A stretch of DNA of 64,000 nt from a virus (IMGVR_UViG_2799112954_000004:1-64000); one strand, 5' to 3'. Counted from the stretch's first letter, positions 18,001 through 28,265 are shown. The notes: generated from the letters alone by a model not told the origin. Numbers and translations are program-made.

Positions 18001-20819
18001 TGCACGTGAAGCGCCTTCAGAGCATCGGTTTTCCACTCGCTTGCAGGATAGTTTGCGGTCGAGAAATCCTCGCCCTTCAACGGATGTGGAGCGTAGGCCT
18101 CAAAGTAGATGTCGAATTTCTTGTCTGCCTGAGCTTGAATCTCGGCTATTTGCTTCATCAGGGCCTCTATCTGCTCGTCGATGCTCTTGCCGTCGGGGTA
18201 GGTAGTGGTGTCGTTCACCGAGTGGAACTCGCCGTAGATGATGTTCCCCTTGGGCGACAGCTGGAGCGTCGGCTTGGTCAGCATGAAGTGCTTGCCGTTG
18301 GCTCCGAGGTCGCTGTACTCCATGATGGCAGGGGCACTCTCGCCCTCTACCATGAGGTAGATGGCTCCTTGTCTTGCCGAGTTCGTCCAGTTACCGAGCT
18401 GTACGATGGTGTCGTTAGCCTCCGGATAGTCCGATTTCTCGTCGCAGTCGTTCATCGAGATGTCAACATACTGATACTCCGTCTTGTCCGACAGTGCCGC
18501 GATAGCTCCTTTCCCAACACCCGTGGCGCGCCGCCACCAATATTTGTTGGAGACATTCTTGTGTACACCCTCGTCAATGTTGAACGTCTTGCAGATAACC
18601 TGATCATCGGCGGCAAAATAGTTCATCGTCGCTGTGGTGCCATTGTCCGAGTACAAATAGCATCTGAAGGTGTATGCCTCGCTCGCTTGGTGACTGCTCT
18701 TGTCAAGCACGACCCCGTTAGCGTCCAACCATTCCACATAGTATATCTTCCCTCCGGCAGAGCTGAAAAGATAGTTGCCACCAACATAGCTGATCTTCCG
18801 TATCTCAAGCTCTGCAAAGAAAGCCTTCACTCGCACAAGAAGCTCGTCAACCTCCAAACGGCTGCGCTTTCCGCCGTTATTGGTGGTACGCTCTATCAAC
18901 TCGAAGCCACTGCCAAATAGATTGTCTTCGTTAACTTTATTTCTGTATTCGTAAGTCTGAAGGCCGCGACGAGCACCGTAACCGTTCGTGAATGTCCACA
19001 GACTGGAGATGTTGTCATTCTTGCGCTTGTGGGCAAAGTCTCTCTCAGTTCTGAGTGCAGACAAGACGTTCCTATCGGTTGGGGTGGTGACATCGGTTGT
19101 TGTAATCACATACAGATTACTACCTCCATTGCCACTACCATTGTTGTTGTATGTTCCGCCCCTAAAATTGATAGAGTCAAACTTTGTGTTTACCGTAGCC
19201 TCCAAATCCTTTCGGTATGAGTATGCGGTATTCTCGCCAATGATGACCTGGAAGCTATCGTATGGGAAATCAAGCTTATACTCAAAGCCAATAACTCTCG
19301 ACTCTCGTGAGCCAGTCTTCAGAAATGCTTCGCTCTTAAGCAGTACACGCTGACCAATGGAGAACTTTCCTACCATGGAGTAATTCTCGTCCTGCTGACC
19401 GTCGTTCAATCCGTACATATAGTCCGACATCATCGTGCATGTGTACGTACTCGGATCTATCTGCAGTTTCTTGGCGTATTCCTTAGTCCTCTCGAGCAAT
19501 GCCTTTTCAGCATCCTCGATGAGTCCGAGTTTATCCATCTTTGTAGCATCCCATCCAATAAGCACGAACTTATCGCCTTCGGCCGGCTTCAGCGTATCGT
19601 TGGGGAGGTCAACACCGTATGTATTATTTCTCACCAACTCAAACCACTGAGAGTCAGCGTTCACAGATGTGGTCTTTGTTCCATCGTCAGTCGTGATCTC
19701 TACAGTCTCTGATTCCCCGTCTGGATTGAAAGCAAGGTCAAAAACCATTCCTGCTAACTTTCCAGTGGAAAATACAGCCTGCAACGTAACACCTTCAAGA
19801 ATATACTCTTTCTTGAACGAGAGCGAAGAATCCTTAATACGGTATATGTTTACCTTGGTGGTGGTCGATGTCTCATCAGTCGCATCTGTTGTGGTTCCTG
19901 CATCCGCCTCGATGGTGTCTGTTGCATTGATAGTCTTCTCAACAGCCTTTACCTCTGTCACCTTATTATCCATTTTCGGATACACGTCATCAAAGGTAAC
20001 GATACCTTCAACAGACTCCTCGATATGGGAAACGCCATCAATCTGCACGTAAGGCGTTCCTTTAGGCAGCATAAGCCTTTTCTGAACAACACCATTCAGA
20101 AGCACCTGGCTGTCACTCTTGCGGTAATTGGAGGGGAGGTTGTTAGTGGAACCGAAAGCGTACAGAGTGGTAACGTATGACTGTGATGAATTGCTTGCGC
20201 TAATCTTCTCAACGTTCACGCCTTGCTCCAATTCGATGTCACTGCCAAGCTCTACACGACCAAGGGTGATGATGTTGTCAGATACAATCCACTCAGTGTC
20301 AAATGCCTCAGCAATCTTTGTCAGAGCATCCAAGATGCTGATATTATCGAACTGGATATATATACTCTTCGTGGCATTTACCACATCCTTGATGTTATAA
20401 GTAAAATCCCACCCGTAGTAGGCGAGATTTCTTATTAGCACCTCCATGTGGTTTGCCAAGGTGTCGGTGAGGGCCCATGATGCTTCAAAACGATCGTTCT
20501 TTGGCTCGTACTTATACTTCTTGTTTCCCCACTTATAGCACTCAGCATTGAACTGCAGCTCATAGCTATATGAGCCAGTCTCGGTGTCGTAGGTGGGCTT
20601 CTGGATTTCGGTTATCTCGAACTTCTGCTTACCGCCATCGCTTTGGAGATAGATATAGTCACCCAAGCCGAACGATTTTTTGTCGTACAGCTTGAAACAT
20701 AGCTTCACGTAATCGTACTTCATAAGCTCAACGTGATAGACTGAGTTTTCCTCAGCTACCACCTTGCACTTCTCGGTTCCGTCTATGTCGTATATTGAGT
20801 ATTCAGCTATTGAGTCCAT
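15021..20819 (-). CDS. Tail hub/central fibre protein (1932 aa)
   Basis: Follows TMP and Dit-like gene; N-terminal tail-spike-like domain (VTRLYAFGS..NLP-type motif, FDDVYPK), long fibre-like C-terminus. Confidence 0.8.
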   Translation of the reverse strand: MDSIAEYSIYDIDGTEKCKVVAEENSVYHVELMKYDYVKLCFKLYDKKSFGLGDYIYLQSDGGKQKFEITEIQKPTYDTETGSYSYELQFNAECYKWGNKKYKYEPKNDRFEASWALTDTLANHMEVLIRNLAYYGWDFTYNIKDVVNATKSIYIQFDNISILDALTKIAEAFDTEWIVSDNIITLGRVELGSDIELEQGVNVEKISASNSSQSYVTTLYAFGSTNNLPSNYRKSDSQVLLNGVVQKRLMLPKGTPYVQIDGVSHIEESVEGIVTFDDVYPKMDNKVTEVKAVEKTINATDTIEADAGTTTDATDETSTTTKVNIYRIKDSSLSFKKEYILEGVTLQAVFSTGKLAGMVFDLAFNPDGESETVEITTDDGTKTTSVNADSQWFELVRNNTYGVDLPNDTLKPAEGDKFVLIGWDATKMDKLGLIEDAEKALLERTKEYAKKLQIDPSTYTCTMMSDYMYGLNDGQQDENYSMVGKFSIGQRVLLKSEAFLKTGSRESRVIGFEYKLDFPYDSFQVIIGENTAYSYRKDLEATVNTKFDSINFRGGTYNNNGSGNGGSNLYVITTTDVTTPTDRNVLSALRTERDFAHKRKNDNISSLWTFTNGYGARRGLQTYEYRNKVNEDNLFGSGFELIERTTNNGGKRSRLEVDELLVRVKAFFAELEIRKISYVGGNYLFSSAGGKIYYVEWLDANGVVLDKSSHQASEAYTFRCYLYSDNGTTATMNYFAADDQVICKTFNIDEGVHKNVSNKYWWRRATGVGKGAIAALSDKTEYQYVDISMNDCDEKSDYPEANDTIVQLGNWTNSARQGAIYLMVEGESAPAIMEYSDLGANGKHFMLTKPTLQLSPKGNIIYGEFHSVNDTTTYPDGKSIDEQIEALMKQIAEIQAQADKKFDIYFEAYAPHPLKGEDFSTANYPASEWKTDALKALHVQDLFYDTDIAPASDGGRAWRWISETTTTTTTYYWEEVTDQDTIDALEKARDLQNQVNDIVSDGIISRGSEKSELLIEWSKAVSNYNKYYEQADDYSLLGEETWNTYKTAFYAVATMLNNGTSYTSSDLSSGTTPSWLDVTVDTDLSKTPTINAVTYRNTWTAYYTAFAAVLKMISAKAKELADNAQSTADKQKERIDDIVSDGKLDPSEKIIIKRDFLAFYHELYDNNGLQDKGKDSDGKFYNDDIKDAFNNVEVCFQGVGSLMNTTASTSTGWTIQLDSNSELILPQWLQDPPVMRSFTDTKEYITDTSTIDADSFRTAWSNMCAAKSAYITLLSKYAKELADNAQSSADEKVQTFVTEAVPTPPYKKGDMWIQTGNGNNVMISLVDRESGDTTSSLERLEDWTDLSELSTKQDPRIQLAMLGDKIYELSGGYIQNHGKIAVAFSSNQPASATDGDLWFDGTNLRRYVSSSWSIIDSDSYAGAFKTVFDIVGQQTLTCFSSVQTQNMKLYDLVLRNIKWHDPFKDETVDGNVEVLMYNGKSWETLKECTRAIIDNLGDELRLVVFGSDGKGATDASGLITRTMFSELFSEKVTLDSDGNVSNVSKSGLVATTDFDTWKNGELKGLLDDKLDVSAFAGMYAKAVEADGTIVKTASMSVYVTKDGNNYISNAKIKADNIELEGLVTANSYFKVLEDGSIEAANATISGTINATSGKIGNFKINGGYLGLTDGLSNTNNDGMWLTDDEIGFNNNGRQVVVGPFSSLGYDYLGWFKDNDSNSLMSKTGVVIDVSGSMDKNIALKLQGGCISGLAIHTQSLGLEEITNSSFQQMYNGVKTNLDNIPVYNTLTKYMNAVLVNTQFSYRAKATDDYTTYSRDRYITLPEMTDADDGHVLMIKRGKGGNSVYVCPGKYKKLVSSSSGFSVTYSTETNDTFMLVNDQQYIADANLKLGSESDAMTFVFFKSLQYTVYDKKYSGGSKTFKGCWVQWKNPRDW

Positions 20820-20823
20820 GTTG

Positions 20824-20854
20824 CAAATTTAACTAAAAGTATTTGAAACACAAA
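20824..20854 (-). promoter_or_regulatory. Class II promoter (Bacteroidetes -33/-7)
   Basis: TTTG-N19-TAAATTTG with TTTGTGTTTCAAA motif, upstream of tail gene. Confidence 0.6.
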
Positions 20855-20871
20855 TACATTTAACATCTAAT

Positions 20872-21294
20872 TTACGTTCTATCGTCCGGATTCGGCTCAT
20901 TGAGTTTGAGAGAGAACGAACCATACCCTTTGAGAAATTCTCCGAACTGAGTGCAGGAGAGATAGATGCACTTATACACATCTCCCGAATAGCTTGTTGA
21001 TATTTTCAGCAAGTCCGGCTTTTTTAGCTCTTGACAGAACGAAGAGAACTTGGTCATAAAGTCCGAAGTATCTTTTGCCACGAGATGGAGAGGTAGCGTA
21101 ATGTCTCTCGCTTCATACCGAGGCTGTTTGTTCACAACACGTTTTCCGTGCTCCAGTCTTGATTTGCTCTCGACAACGCTCTTCATGGGAGGTGGAGCAA
21201 TCAAAGCGGTTATTCCAGTTTGTTCCAGGCTGATGCCCCACGTAGTGAAAGCGTCTTGGCCATTGATATATAATACTCCTTTAGGCATAATCAA
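20872..21294 (-). CDS. Distal tail protein (Dit)-like
   Basis: LYINGQDAFTTWGISL...KLNEPNPDDR; immediately after TMP. Confidence 0.7.
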   Translation of the reverse strand: MIMPKGVLYINGQDAFTTWGISLEQTGITALIAPPPMKSVVESKSRLEHGKRVVNKQPRYEARDITLPLHLVAKDTSDFMTKFSSFCQELKKPDLLKISTSYSGDVYKCIYLSCTQFGEFLKGYGSFSLKLNEPNPDDRT

Positions 21295-24200
21295 AGATTT
21301 TTTGTATTGTTCACTATACTGTCTAACTTACTCGTCCATTCGTTATAGGACTTACGTGTGTACTTTACCATATCCTCCATATACGAATTGCTCGTAATCA
21401 TAAGGTTACGTATCTCCAACACAGCACCATTCGTGGAGGTGGATATGGCTAACATTGAGTTTATCACCGTGAGCCCAGCAAGGACGGACTCAGATATACG
21501 CTCGTTGGACTCCTGCAAGGCCGTGAAGCGTCCGTTCAGCTCATCACCGGTCTCTTGCGACATACTCTGCCATGCTCCGCTCGAAGCGTCCTGCGAATAG
21601 GCGGAGTTGTAGCCAGTGATGGAGTCGATTGTCTTAACGTCCTCTTGCGCTTGCTTAGCCAAATCTACATATTGCTTGCGCAACTCGTTGATACGCTCCT
21701 GCGTGAGTCCTTCGTCGGTCTTCGCCCACTCTCTTGCTTGATCATACAGCTTCTTAATCTTATCCTTATATTGCGATGCCACAAGGTTCTTGATGAGAGC
21801 TTTGCGCATATACTCAGCGAAATTGTTGGCAAAGTCAGCATTCGTGTTGTCGAGATCTGAAATCAAGTCCACATAATCATCGTAGAAGTCATCAAAAGAC
21901 ACAGACAACAGAGACTCAAACTCTTTCGCTTGGTCATCCTGCATATCCTTCAGCTTGGAGGCGTAGTCAACGATGGCTTGGGATAGATTGTCACCCAACA
22001 GAGCCAATGCCTTGGTGTCCTTGGAGAGCTTCAGCAAGTCTTCATCCGACAAACGCCAAATCCAGTCGAGACGACCGAACTGCTTCACTGAACTTGCGTA
22101 TTGGCCATATACCTGCTTGTAATACTCATTCAGCGAGTTGTAGCCTTCCTGATAGAATTTCCTCACCTCGTCATTGCCTGACCTCAAGTCTTTCTGCATC
22201 TGCTTGACTATCTTCACGCCTTCAGATGATTTGGAGCCTATTCCGAGAAAGCCTTTGCTTGCACCACTGTTCAGCCACACCTGCGATTGGGACTTGATGG
22301 CAGTCGCAGACTCTTTTTCCAAAGCTACCAACTGCTCATAATAGGCGATGGTATCCTTCATTGAGTTTTTTGCGTCTGTCATTGAATCGTTAAGGCTACT
22401 AATGTCATCCTTCAACAGATTGATGTAGGTGTCCATGGTACTCACATAATCCGTAAGGGTGGTATCTTCCTTGCCGCCAAAGAGCTGAGTGATGACTTGG
22501 ATGGCTTGCAGTGCGGCCTCAATGATGGCGAGTATAGCAACAGACTTCTCGAGATTGCTTGCTGCCGTCTTGAAATCATTGATACCTTTTGCCATACCGA
22601 GACCTGCAGTGATGGCACTCGAAGCGAGTTTCAAACACTGGCCGGCTGCACCTCCCATAACGTCTCCAGCGTCAGATAGGGCTTGCGCATACTGGTTGAT
22701 GACGTCAGTCGTCTTGGAAAAAGATTTCTTCTCCTTGTTTTGCGCCTTGGTCATCTTCTGTGAAGCCTTCGACATGGTAGCAGCAGCAGATTTTTGCCCA
22801 GCAACATCTCCATTGTCCTTTGCAGTGTTGTACTTCACCTTAGCATCATCGAACTCCTTTTTCGCTGCTTTGAACTCGCTACGCGCCTCCTTGATGGTTT
22901 TCAATGGAGTGGAGAGGTCGAGTTTGTTCTGTATCTGCGTCATGGCGTCAACAAGAGCCTTCATCTGATCCGGACTAAGGTCTTTCTCAGTGTCCACGAG
23001 TTGCTGGAGCTGATCTTTCACAACAGACAATGTATCGAGGTCAACGTTGTCAAGGTCGCCAAAGATATAGTCCCAGTTGATGTTCAACTTCATCTGATTA
23101 AGGTCGAGGTCATTCAACGCCTTTTGCAAGCCGGCACGAATAGACTTTATCTGAGCATCCTTATCTGCTGCTGTGAAATCAGCATTCTCATTGATTTTCT
23201 TAATCTTATCCTCAGCTTCTTCAGTTAGGGCAACCTTCTTTTCTTCGTAGGTGCCATACTCCTTAAGGTACGATTGGATTGAAGCACGCTCAGACTCATT
23301 CTGCTTATTTCTGATGTCAGTTACCTTACGGTTGTACTCTTCCTCATTTGCTGTGTTTTTGGCATTATTCTCAGCAATCTCCGCTTTCGTGTAAGAGGTA
23401 TCGACAGACGCAGGGTTGAACAGCTTTTTCTTATTCTTCGGGTTTGCGTTGAATAGCTGTTTGGCCTTTTTGATTTTCTCGTCTTTCAAGTCCTCATAGC
23501 CACGTCGGATTTCCTCTTTCTGTTTATCGAAGTCCAGCTTTGCCTGGTCGAGTTCCTTCTGAGATGAGTCCTTACGAGCATCGAGGATAGCTTGCCGTGT
23601 ATCAAACTCCAAATCTATGGCATCACGTTGCTTCTGCTTCTCAGCCTCAGCCAACGTCTCCTTGTATTCTGCAGCGTCCCTGGCGGCTTGCAGCTTATCA
23701 TCCTTGCCAGTGGCCTTCTTAGGAGTAGTTTTCTTCTTGGTTGTCTTAGGCTTGTTAGATGCAGCCTCTTGCTCCTTCTGTTGCTTCTGGCGTGCTTGGA
23801 TGGAGTATTGACCAGCTAATAGCTGCTCCTGACGCTCATCGGTATATCCTCCATGACCATTCGACATTACAAGACTGTGACCCGTCTGCTGCTTGTGCTG
23901 GCGCATTCTATCAGCGCGCGCCTGGTGGTAGGCAGCGAGGTTGTTCAACTGCTTTGAACTCATACGGTCGGCAACACCTTTCATCCATGCTGGTGGAGAG
24001 TTCAGCTCCGTATAAGTGATGTTGAGGTTGATGTTGCTATCGTTGTACGCCTTAATCAGCTCATCAATGGTGGTTCCTAACGTCTCCACGTCCTGACTGC
24101 TGAGTTTGGTTCTGTCAGCAAGCTCACGCTGTGATTCAGTCATTCCATCAGTGGCCAGTATTGCGCTGTTCGTAGCGTTGGCAGCGTCTATGGTGGCTTG

Positions 24201-26750
24201 GATGGTCTTCTCCTGCTCCAAACGGTTATTGGCGAGAGCATACGACTGCTTGTTTACGGCTTGTTGGGCTCCGATGATGGCAGACTTAGACACGCCGAGC
24301 TTTTCACCGTAGATACCGATTTTGGTAGTAAGGTCGGACACAGCCTTGTTATAGGCAGTAATCTGATCTGTCGAGAAGCGAGAGTTCCACGAGCCAGTCT
24401 TCTCTACGGATTCTGCGGTGGCTTTGTTCATCGCCTCCAGCTTATTCTTCAAGTTCTCGATATCCTCGTCTGAGATAAGGTTCACGAGCTGGTTCTTCTG
24501 AATATCACTGAAGTCGTCGGAGAGGCTGTCCTTGATGTCATTCTTAATGTCCTCTACCTGCTTCTCGTAAGAATCGGTGGCAGACTGAATATCGTTGGCT
24601 TTCTGACGCTCCACTGCTTCTTCCTTGATGAGTCCGATGAGCTCCTGCTTCTTCTCAATGAGCTGAGAGGTCTTGTCTTTCTCGTCGTCGAGCTTCAAGC
24701 CATACTCCTGCGCAGTCTGTGTCAGTTGTTCGAGAGCATCCTTGTGGACCTTAGAGGTTGCGCTGGAGCTTTCCAACACGGCATAGAGGGAGGTTACGTT
24801 CGCAGACGCCTTAGTCATACTATCTCCGAATCGTTGGTTAGCGTCAGTGGCTTCATCCTCACTATCGGCAAAGGACATAAACAAGCTAATCGCTACGGTC
24901 AATCCTGTGAGGATGGCACCAATCGGGTTGGTCGCCATAGCTACCTTTAGTCCCTCCCATGCGGCTCGCACAGTGTTAACGGCTGCTGCAAAGAGACCTT
25001 GCACGATGGTTGCGGCTTGCGTCTGAATCATGTTCAGCCTCATCATTATGGTATTAGCGCCGGTAGCTGCTGTGTTAGCCTGCTCAGCTACGGTCTTTGT
25101 GCCAGTAACGGTGGCATTGGTTCCTTTCGTTACAGCGTTAAGCTCGTTCTGTGCTGAGTTGGCAGCCTCAGCCGTGGTATTCATCTCAGTAGACGCAGTG
25201 GAGACGTCGGAAGATGCTGCTTTCAGTCTCTCGGCTGCAGCGTTTTCTTCATCGCACGCGGTCTTCAACTGAGTATGGGCTGCAGACTGAGCGTCAGCGT
25301 CTCCAGCTTCAAGGGCTGAGTCGAGCGCTTCCTTTGCGGCTTCGACCTTTGCCTGGGCGTTCTCTAAGTCCATGGAGGCTGCAGCTTGGTTCTGTACGGC
25401 AGCATCATAGGTTGCTTGTGCTTCCTGCGCCTTTGCTTGGAGGTTAGCAACACGCGCCTCGGCTTCTTGCTGCAATGCTGCAAGGGCTTCACGCTTGGTA
25501 GCTATCTCGGCAGCTTGAGCTTGCGTGAGGGTTCCTTCAGCAACGGCTTCTTGCAGATCAGCGTTGATGACCTGCTGCTTCACTGGCTGGAGTGCTTCGA
25601 GGGCTGCAGTCTGAGCGTCAAGCTGCTCTTTCATCTGAGTATAGTTGGCATCCTGCTTGGCGAGAGCCAGTTCCTCACGCTTCTGAGCAATTTCCTCGGC
25701 TTGTGCTTGGGTGAGTTGCTTCTTTGCTACCATCTCCGCAAGGTCTGCGTTTTTCAATGCGCCCTTTGCCGTATAGAGGGATTTGGTTGCAGCAATCTCA
25801 TTCTCTAATATCTCCAGCTCCTTAGAATAGGTGAGCTTCTGTCTCGACTTCTCTATCGCTATGGTGGCGAGGAGCGTTCCCTTATACAGTCCGTAGGCAG
25901 TGATGACGGTACCGATGGCTTGCGCTATCTGCTGCCAATGGTCAACAGCCGTAGAGGTCAGAGAGAGCACGTCGTTGATTATGCCCTCGTTCTGTTGACC
26001 AATATCGTTGAACATCATATCAATGCTGTCCTCGATGTTCGAGATCTGACCCGTAATGGTGTGAGACTGAGCTTCCATCAGTCCGCCGAACTTACCGCCC
26101 TCATTTGTCAAGTCCTCGATGACCTTCTGGACTTGTGGGAAACCGACCTTGCCTTGCTCAACGAGGTCTTTCACCTGACTCTCAGCAACACCAAACTGCT
26201 TTGCAAGCTCACTTATCATAGGAATGCCTCGGCCGGTGAACTGGTTTAGGTCTTGCGTGTACATACGACCCTGCGCCATCGTGGTGCCGTAAAGGTAAAC
26301 AATATCGCCAAGAGGAATAGAAAGGCCTGCTGCTACGTCTCCCAGTCTTCTCAGAGTATCGATAACCTTATCAGCGCTCATTCCATAAGCAAGAAGTTGC
26401 TTCGCTCCTCCAGCCACACCTTTCAAATCGAATGGAGTGGTAGCGGCGAGCATCGTTGACTGCTGCATCATCTTCTTTCCTTTCGTGGCTGAACCTAACA
26501 TGGTGTTGAAAGCCACCTCCAACTGCTGAAACTCTCCACGTGTCTCAGCTATCGTCTTCACTACCTGGGTGGCAGAGAAACCAGCGAAAGCAGTGGAAGC
26601 GGCTATCTTAATACGGTTGAATGCGCTCTCAATATCTCCACCTGCGCTCTCAACAGTCTTAGCGGTACTGCGGACTCCATTCTCCGCTCCACGTAGCGCA
26701 GAGAGGAAATTCTGATTGTCTCCGGTTATATCGAATTTTATTCCTGCCAT
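21291..26750 (-). CDS. Tape measure protein
   Basis: 1819 aa, N-terminal tape-measure domain (TPFDLKGVAGGAKQLLAYG, FTGRGIP), long Ala/Lys/Glu-rich helical body. Confidence 0.92.
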   Translation of the reverse strand: MAGIKFDITGDNQNFLSALRGAENGVRSTAKTVESAGGDIESAFNRIKIAASTAFAGFSATQVVKTIAETRGEFQQLEVAFNTMLGSATKGKKMMQQSTMLAATTPFDLKGVAGGAKQLLAYGMSADKVIDTLRRLGDVAAGLSIPLGDIVYLYGTTMAQGRMYTQDLNQFTGRGIPMISELAKQFGVAESQVKDLVEQGKVGFPQVQKVIEDLTNEGGKFGGLMEAQSHTITGQISNIEDSIDMMFNDIGQQNEGIINDVLSLTSTAVDHWQQIAQAIGTVITAYGLYKGTLLATIAIEKSRQKLTYSKELEILENEIAATKSLYTAKGALKNADLAEMVAKKQLTQAQAEEIAQKREELALAKQDANYTQMKEQLDAQTAALEALQPVKQQVINADLQEAVAEGTLTQAQAAEIATKREALAALQQEAEARVANLQAKAQEAQATYDAAVQNQAAASMDLENAQAKVEAAKEALDSALEAGDADAQSAAHTQLKTACDEENAAAERLKAASSDVSTASTEMNTTAEAANSAQNELNAVTKGTNATVTGTKTVAEQANTAATGANTIMMRLNMIQTQAATIVQGLFAAAVNTVRAAWEGLKVAMATNPIGAILTGLTVAISLFMSFADSEDEATDANQRFGDSMTKASANVTSLYAVLESSSATSKVHKDALEQLTQTAQEYGLKLDDEKDKTSQLIEKKQELIGLIKEEAVERQKANDIQSATDSYEKQVEDIKNDIKDSLSDDFSDIQKNQLVNLISDEDIENLKNKLEAMNKATAESVEKTGSWNSRFSTDQITAYNKAVSDLTTKIGIYGEKLGVSKSAIIGAQQAVNKQSYALANNRLEQEKTIQATIDAANATNSAILATDGMTESQRELADRTKLSSQDVETLGTTIDELIKAYNDSNINLNITYTELNSPPAWMKGVADRMSSKQLNNLAAYHQARADRMRQHKQQTGHSLVMSNGHGGYTDERQEQLLAGQYSIQARQKQQKEQEAASNKPKTTKKKTTPKKATGKDDKLQAARDAAEYKETLAEAEKQKQRDAIDLEFDTRQAILDARKDSSQKELDQAKLDFDKQKEEIRRGYEDLKDEKIKKAKQLFNANPKNKKKLFNPASVDTSYTKAEIAENNAKNTANEEEYNRKVTDIRNKQNESERASIQSYLKEYGTYEEKKVALTEEAEDKIKKINENADFTAADKDAQIKSIRAGLQKALNDLDLNQMKLNINWDYIFGDLDNVDLDTLSVVKDQLQQLVDTEKDLSPDQMKALVDAMTQIQNKLDLSTPLKTIKEARSEFKAAKKEFDDAKVKYNTAKDNGDVAGQKSAAATMSKASQKMTKAQNKEKKSFSKTTDVINQYAQALSDAGDVMGGAAGQCLKLASSAITAGLGMAKGINDFKTAASNLEKSVAILAIIEAALQAIQVITQLFGGKEDTTLTDYVSTMDTYINLLKDDISSLNDSMTDAKNSMKDTIAYYEQLVALEKESATAIKSQSQVWLNSGASKGFLGIGSKSSEGVKIVKQMQKDLRSGNDEVRKFYQEGYNSLNEYYKQVYGQYASSVKQFGRLDWIWRLSDEDLLKLSKDTKALALLGDNLSQAIVDYASKLKDMQDDQAKEFESLLSVSFDDFYDDYVDLISDLDNTNADFANNFAEYMRKALIKNLVASQYKDKIKKLYDQAREWAKTDEGLTQERINELRKQYVDLAKQAQEDVKTIDSITGYNSAYSQDASSGAWQSMSQETGDELNGRFTALQESNERISESVLAGLTVINSMLAISTSTNGAVLEIRNLMITSNSYMEDMVKYTRKSYNEWTSKLDSIVNNTKNL

Positions 26751-26903
26751 TTCTGTCTTATCTTTTTATGCCATTTATAGGCGTTTTCTCGGGAATTTAC
26801 CCGAATCGTGTTAAAATAATTCTGAATTGTTACAGCCGCCTCGTAGTGGCTGATTTTCAAGGTATTCTTTTTAGGGAGTGACAGGCAACGCTTTTTTGCT
26901 CAA

Positions 26904-27629
26904 TTATTTGCTCTCCTTCTCGAACTCAGCCTTTATCTTCTCCCAATTTCTCGGGTCATCAGCAGATAACCTATCACGGTCATTAGTGACACTGCAACGC
27001 TTTCTCTCGTCGTCTGAGAGACAAATGTCCTTCGTTGCATCGGCCAACAACAGTTTTAGGTTGGTGTAACTGATCTCCCACACCACGTAATCGAACGTCC
27101 AGTGGTACTTTGAACACGCTGCATCAATGAGACTGCCGTAGATGGATAACCCGCCAAACACATAGACGTTCTTGGAGCTTTTCACTTTCATCACGCTATT
27201 CATACGCTCTTGCTCCTTGTCTAACTTCAGATGGTGCATAAACGCCTCAGTCTTATCGGAGGTGAGGACGGTGATGAGCAATGTCTCCAAGTCCTCGTCG
27301 TCGCAATGCTCTGACAGGTACTTGTTTCTTGCCTCTACGTACTCATAGTCGAAAATCTTTGCTTTGGTCCTTATTGTGTGATAGGTGATGATGCGGACTA
27401 CCTGCTCCCTATTCTCCTTTACTAATCGTATTGCTTCCAAATAGGGGTTGGTTTTTAGGATGTCTTCGTTTATCCCGAGGCTCTTTATCAATCGTCCCAA
27501 TAGGAACATTTTACCAAGCGTCACGGGATATAAATAAAAATGCCGATTACCACAAGTGAAACCATACGGTCTGTCTATAATGGCATCGGCTAAATCCTTT
27601 TCTAAGTCTTTGTTCAACGTTTTATCCAT
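26904..27629 (-). CDS. Tail assembly chaperone
   Basis: Between major tail gene and TMP; YLYPVTLGK, GGLSIYGSLID..CSKYHWTFDYVVWEISY motifs. Confidence 0.7.
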   Translation of the reverse strand: MDKTLNKDLEKDLADAIIDRPYGFTCGNRHFYLYPVTLGKMFLLGRLIKSLGINEDILKTNPYLEAIRLVKENREQVVRIITYHTIRTKAKIFDYEYVEARNKYLSEHCDDEDLETLLITVLTSDKTEAFMHHLKLDKEQERMNSVMKVKSSKNVYVFGGLSIYGSLIDAACSKYHWTFDYVVWEISYTNLKLLLADATKDICLSDDERKRCSVTNDRDRLSADDPRNWEKIKAEFEKESK

Positions 27630-27649
27630 AGGACTTGCTATTGTGATAG

Positions 27650-27733
27650 CGGAGAGCAGTGTACTCGAAACACATCCGTTGTCCGGACCCTTGGTTTAGC
27701 AATCCAGCCCACATCCTCTGTGGTTTACTCTCC
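27650..27733 (-). tRNA. Degenerate tRNA-Ser(GCT)-like element
   Basis: GGAGAGT/GCTCTCC acceptor, G73, CCAC/GTGG D-stem, loop TTGCTAA, long variable arm TCCG/CGGA, T-loop TTCGAGT; anticodon stem has 2 mismatches; 3' end GCTA not NCCA. Confidence 0.55.
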
Positions 27734-27809
27734 AATTGCAGGTTTGTTTGGGACCCGAAACCTGCAAAGGGTGAATATATATGGATAAACAGCACGCTAC
27801 GATACGTCC

Positions 27810-28265
27810 TTACGATCCACTTGTTGTTGTTCCTGCGGTGATGCTCACCTGATCCTTGCCATCATTGTCGAGTGAATCGAAGGTATAGACGCGGATGAGA
27901 CCATCTGCTGCCGTGTAGGTATCCTCATACGAGCATACGGCACGCGCCATGGTAAAGCCGGGAGCACGCTTGTCTTCCGGAGTCAGCGTTACAGAATACT
28001 CGCCAGGCACGACACCGTTAGTACCTGCAATAGGCATTGTACGGCCGGCACCCTGACGAACGCTGCATTTGAACGTATATTTGCTATCCTTGTAACGGAC
28101 AGCCTCAGCAGCTCCACCCTCAATGTTGGCTTCTACCTTATCTCCCTTTTCGGTCGACAGCTCAGAAGAATCCTCTACGGGAGTAGGAAATGTACCTACG
28201 GTCACTGCGCCAGTGTCGGCAACAGCAGCAACCACAATAGTTGGTTTACCCCAAGATAGTATCAT
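27810..28265 (-). CDS. Major tail protein
   Basis: LSWGKP...TPVEDSSELSTEKGDK.EA..EGG motif; position in tail operon. Confidence 0.75.
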   Translation of the reverse strand: MILSWGKPTIVVAAVADTGAVTVGTFPTPVEDSSELSTEKGDKVEANIEGGAAEAVRYKDSKYTFKCSVRQGAGRTMPIAGTNGVVPGEYSVTLTPEDKRAPGFTMARAVCSYEDTYTAADGLIRVYTFDSLDNDGKDQVSITAGTTTSGS

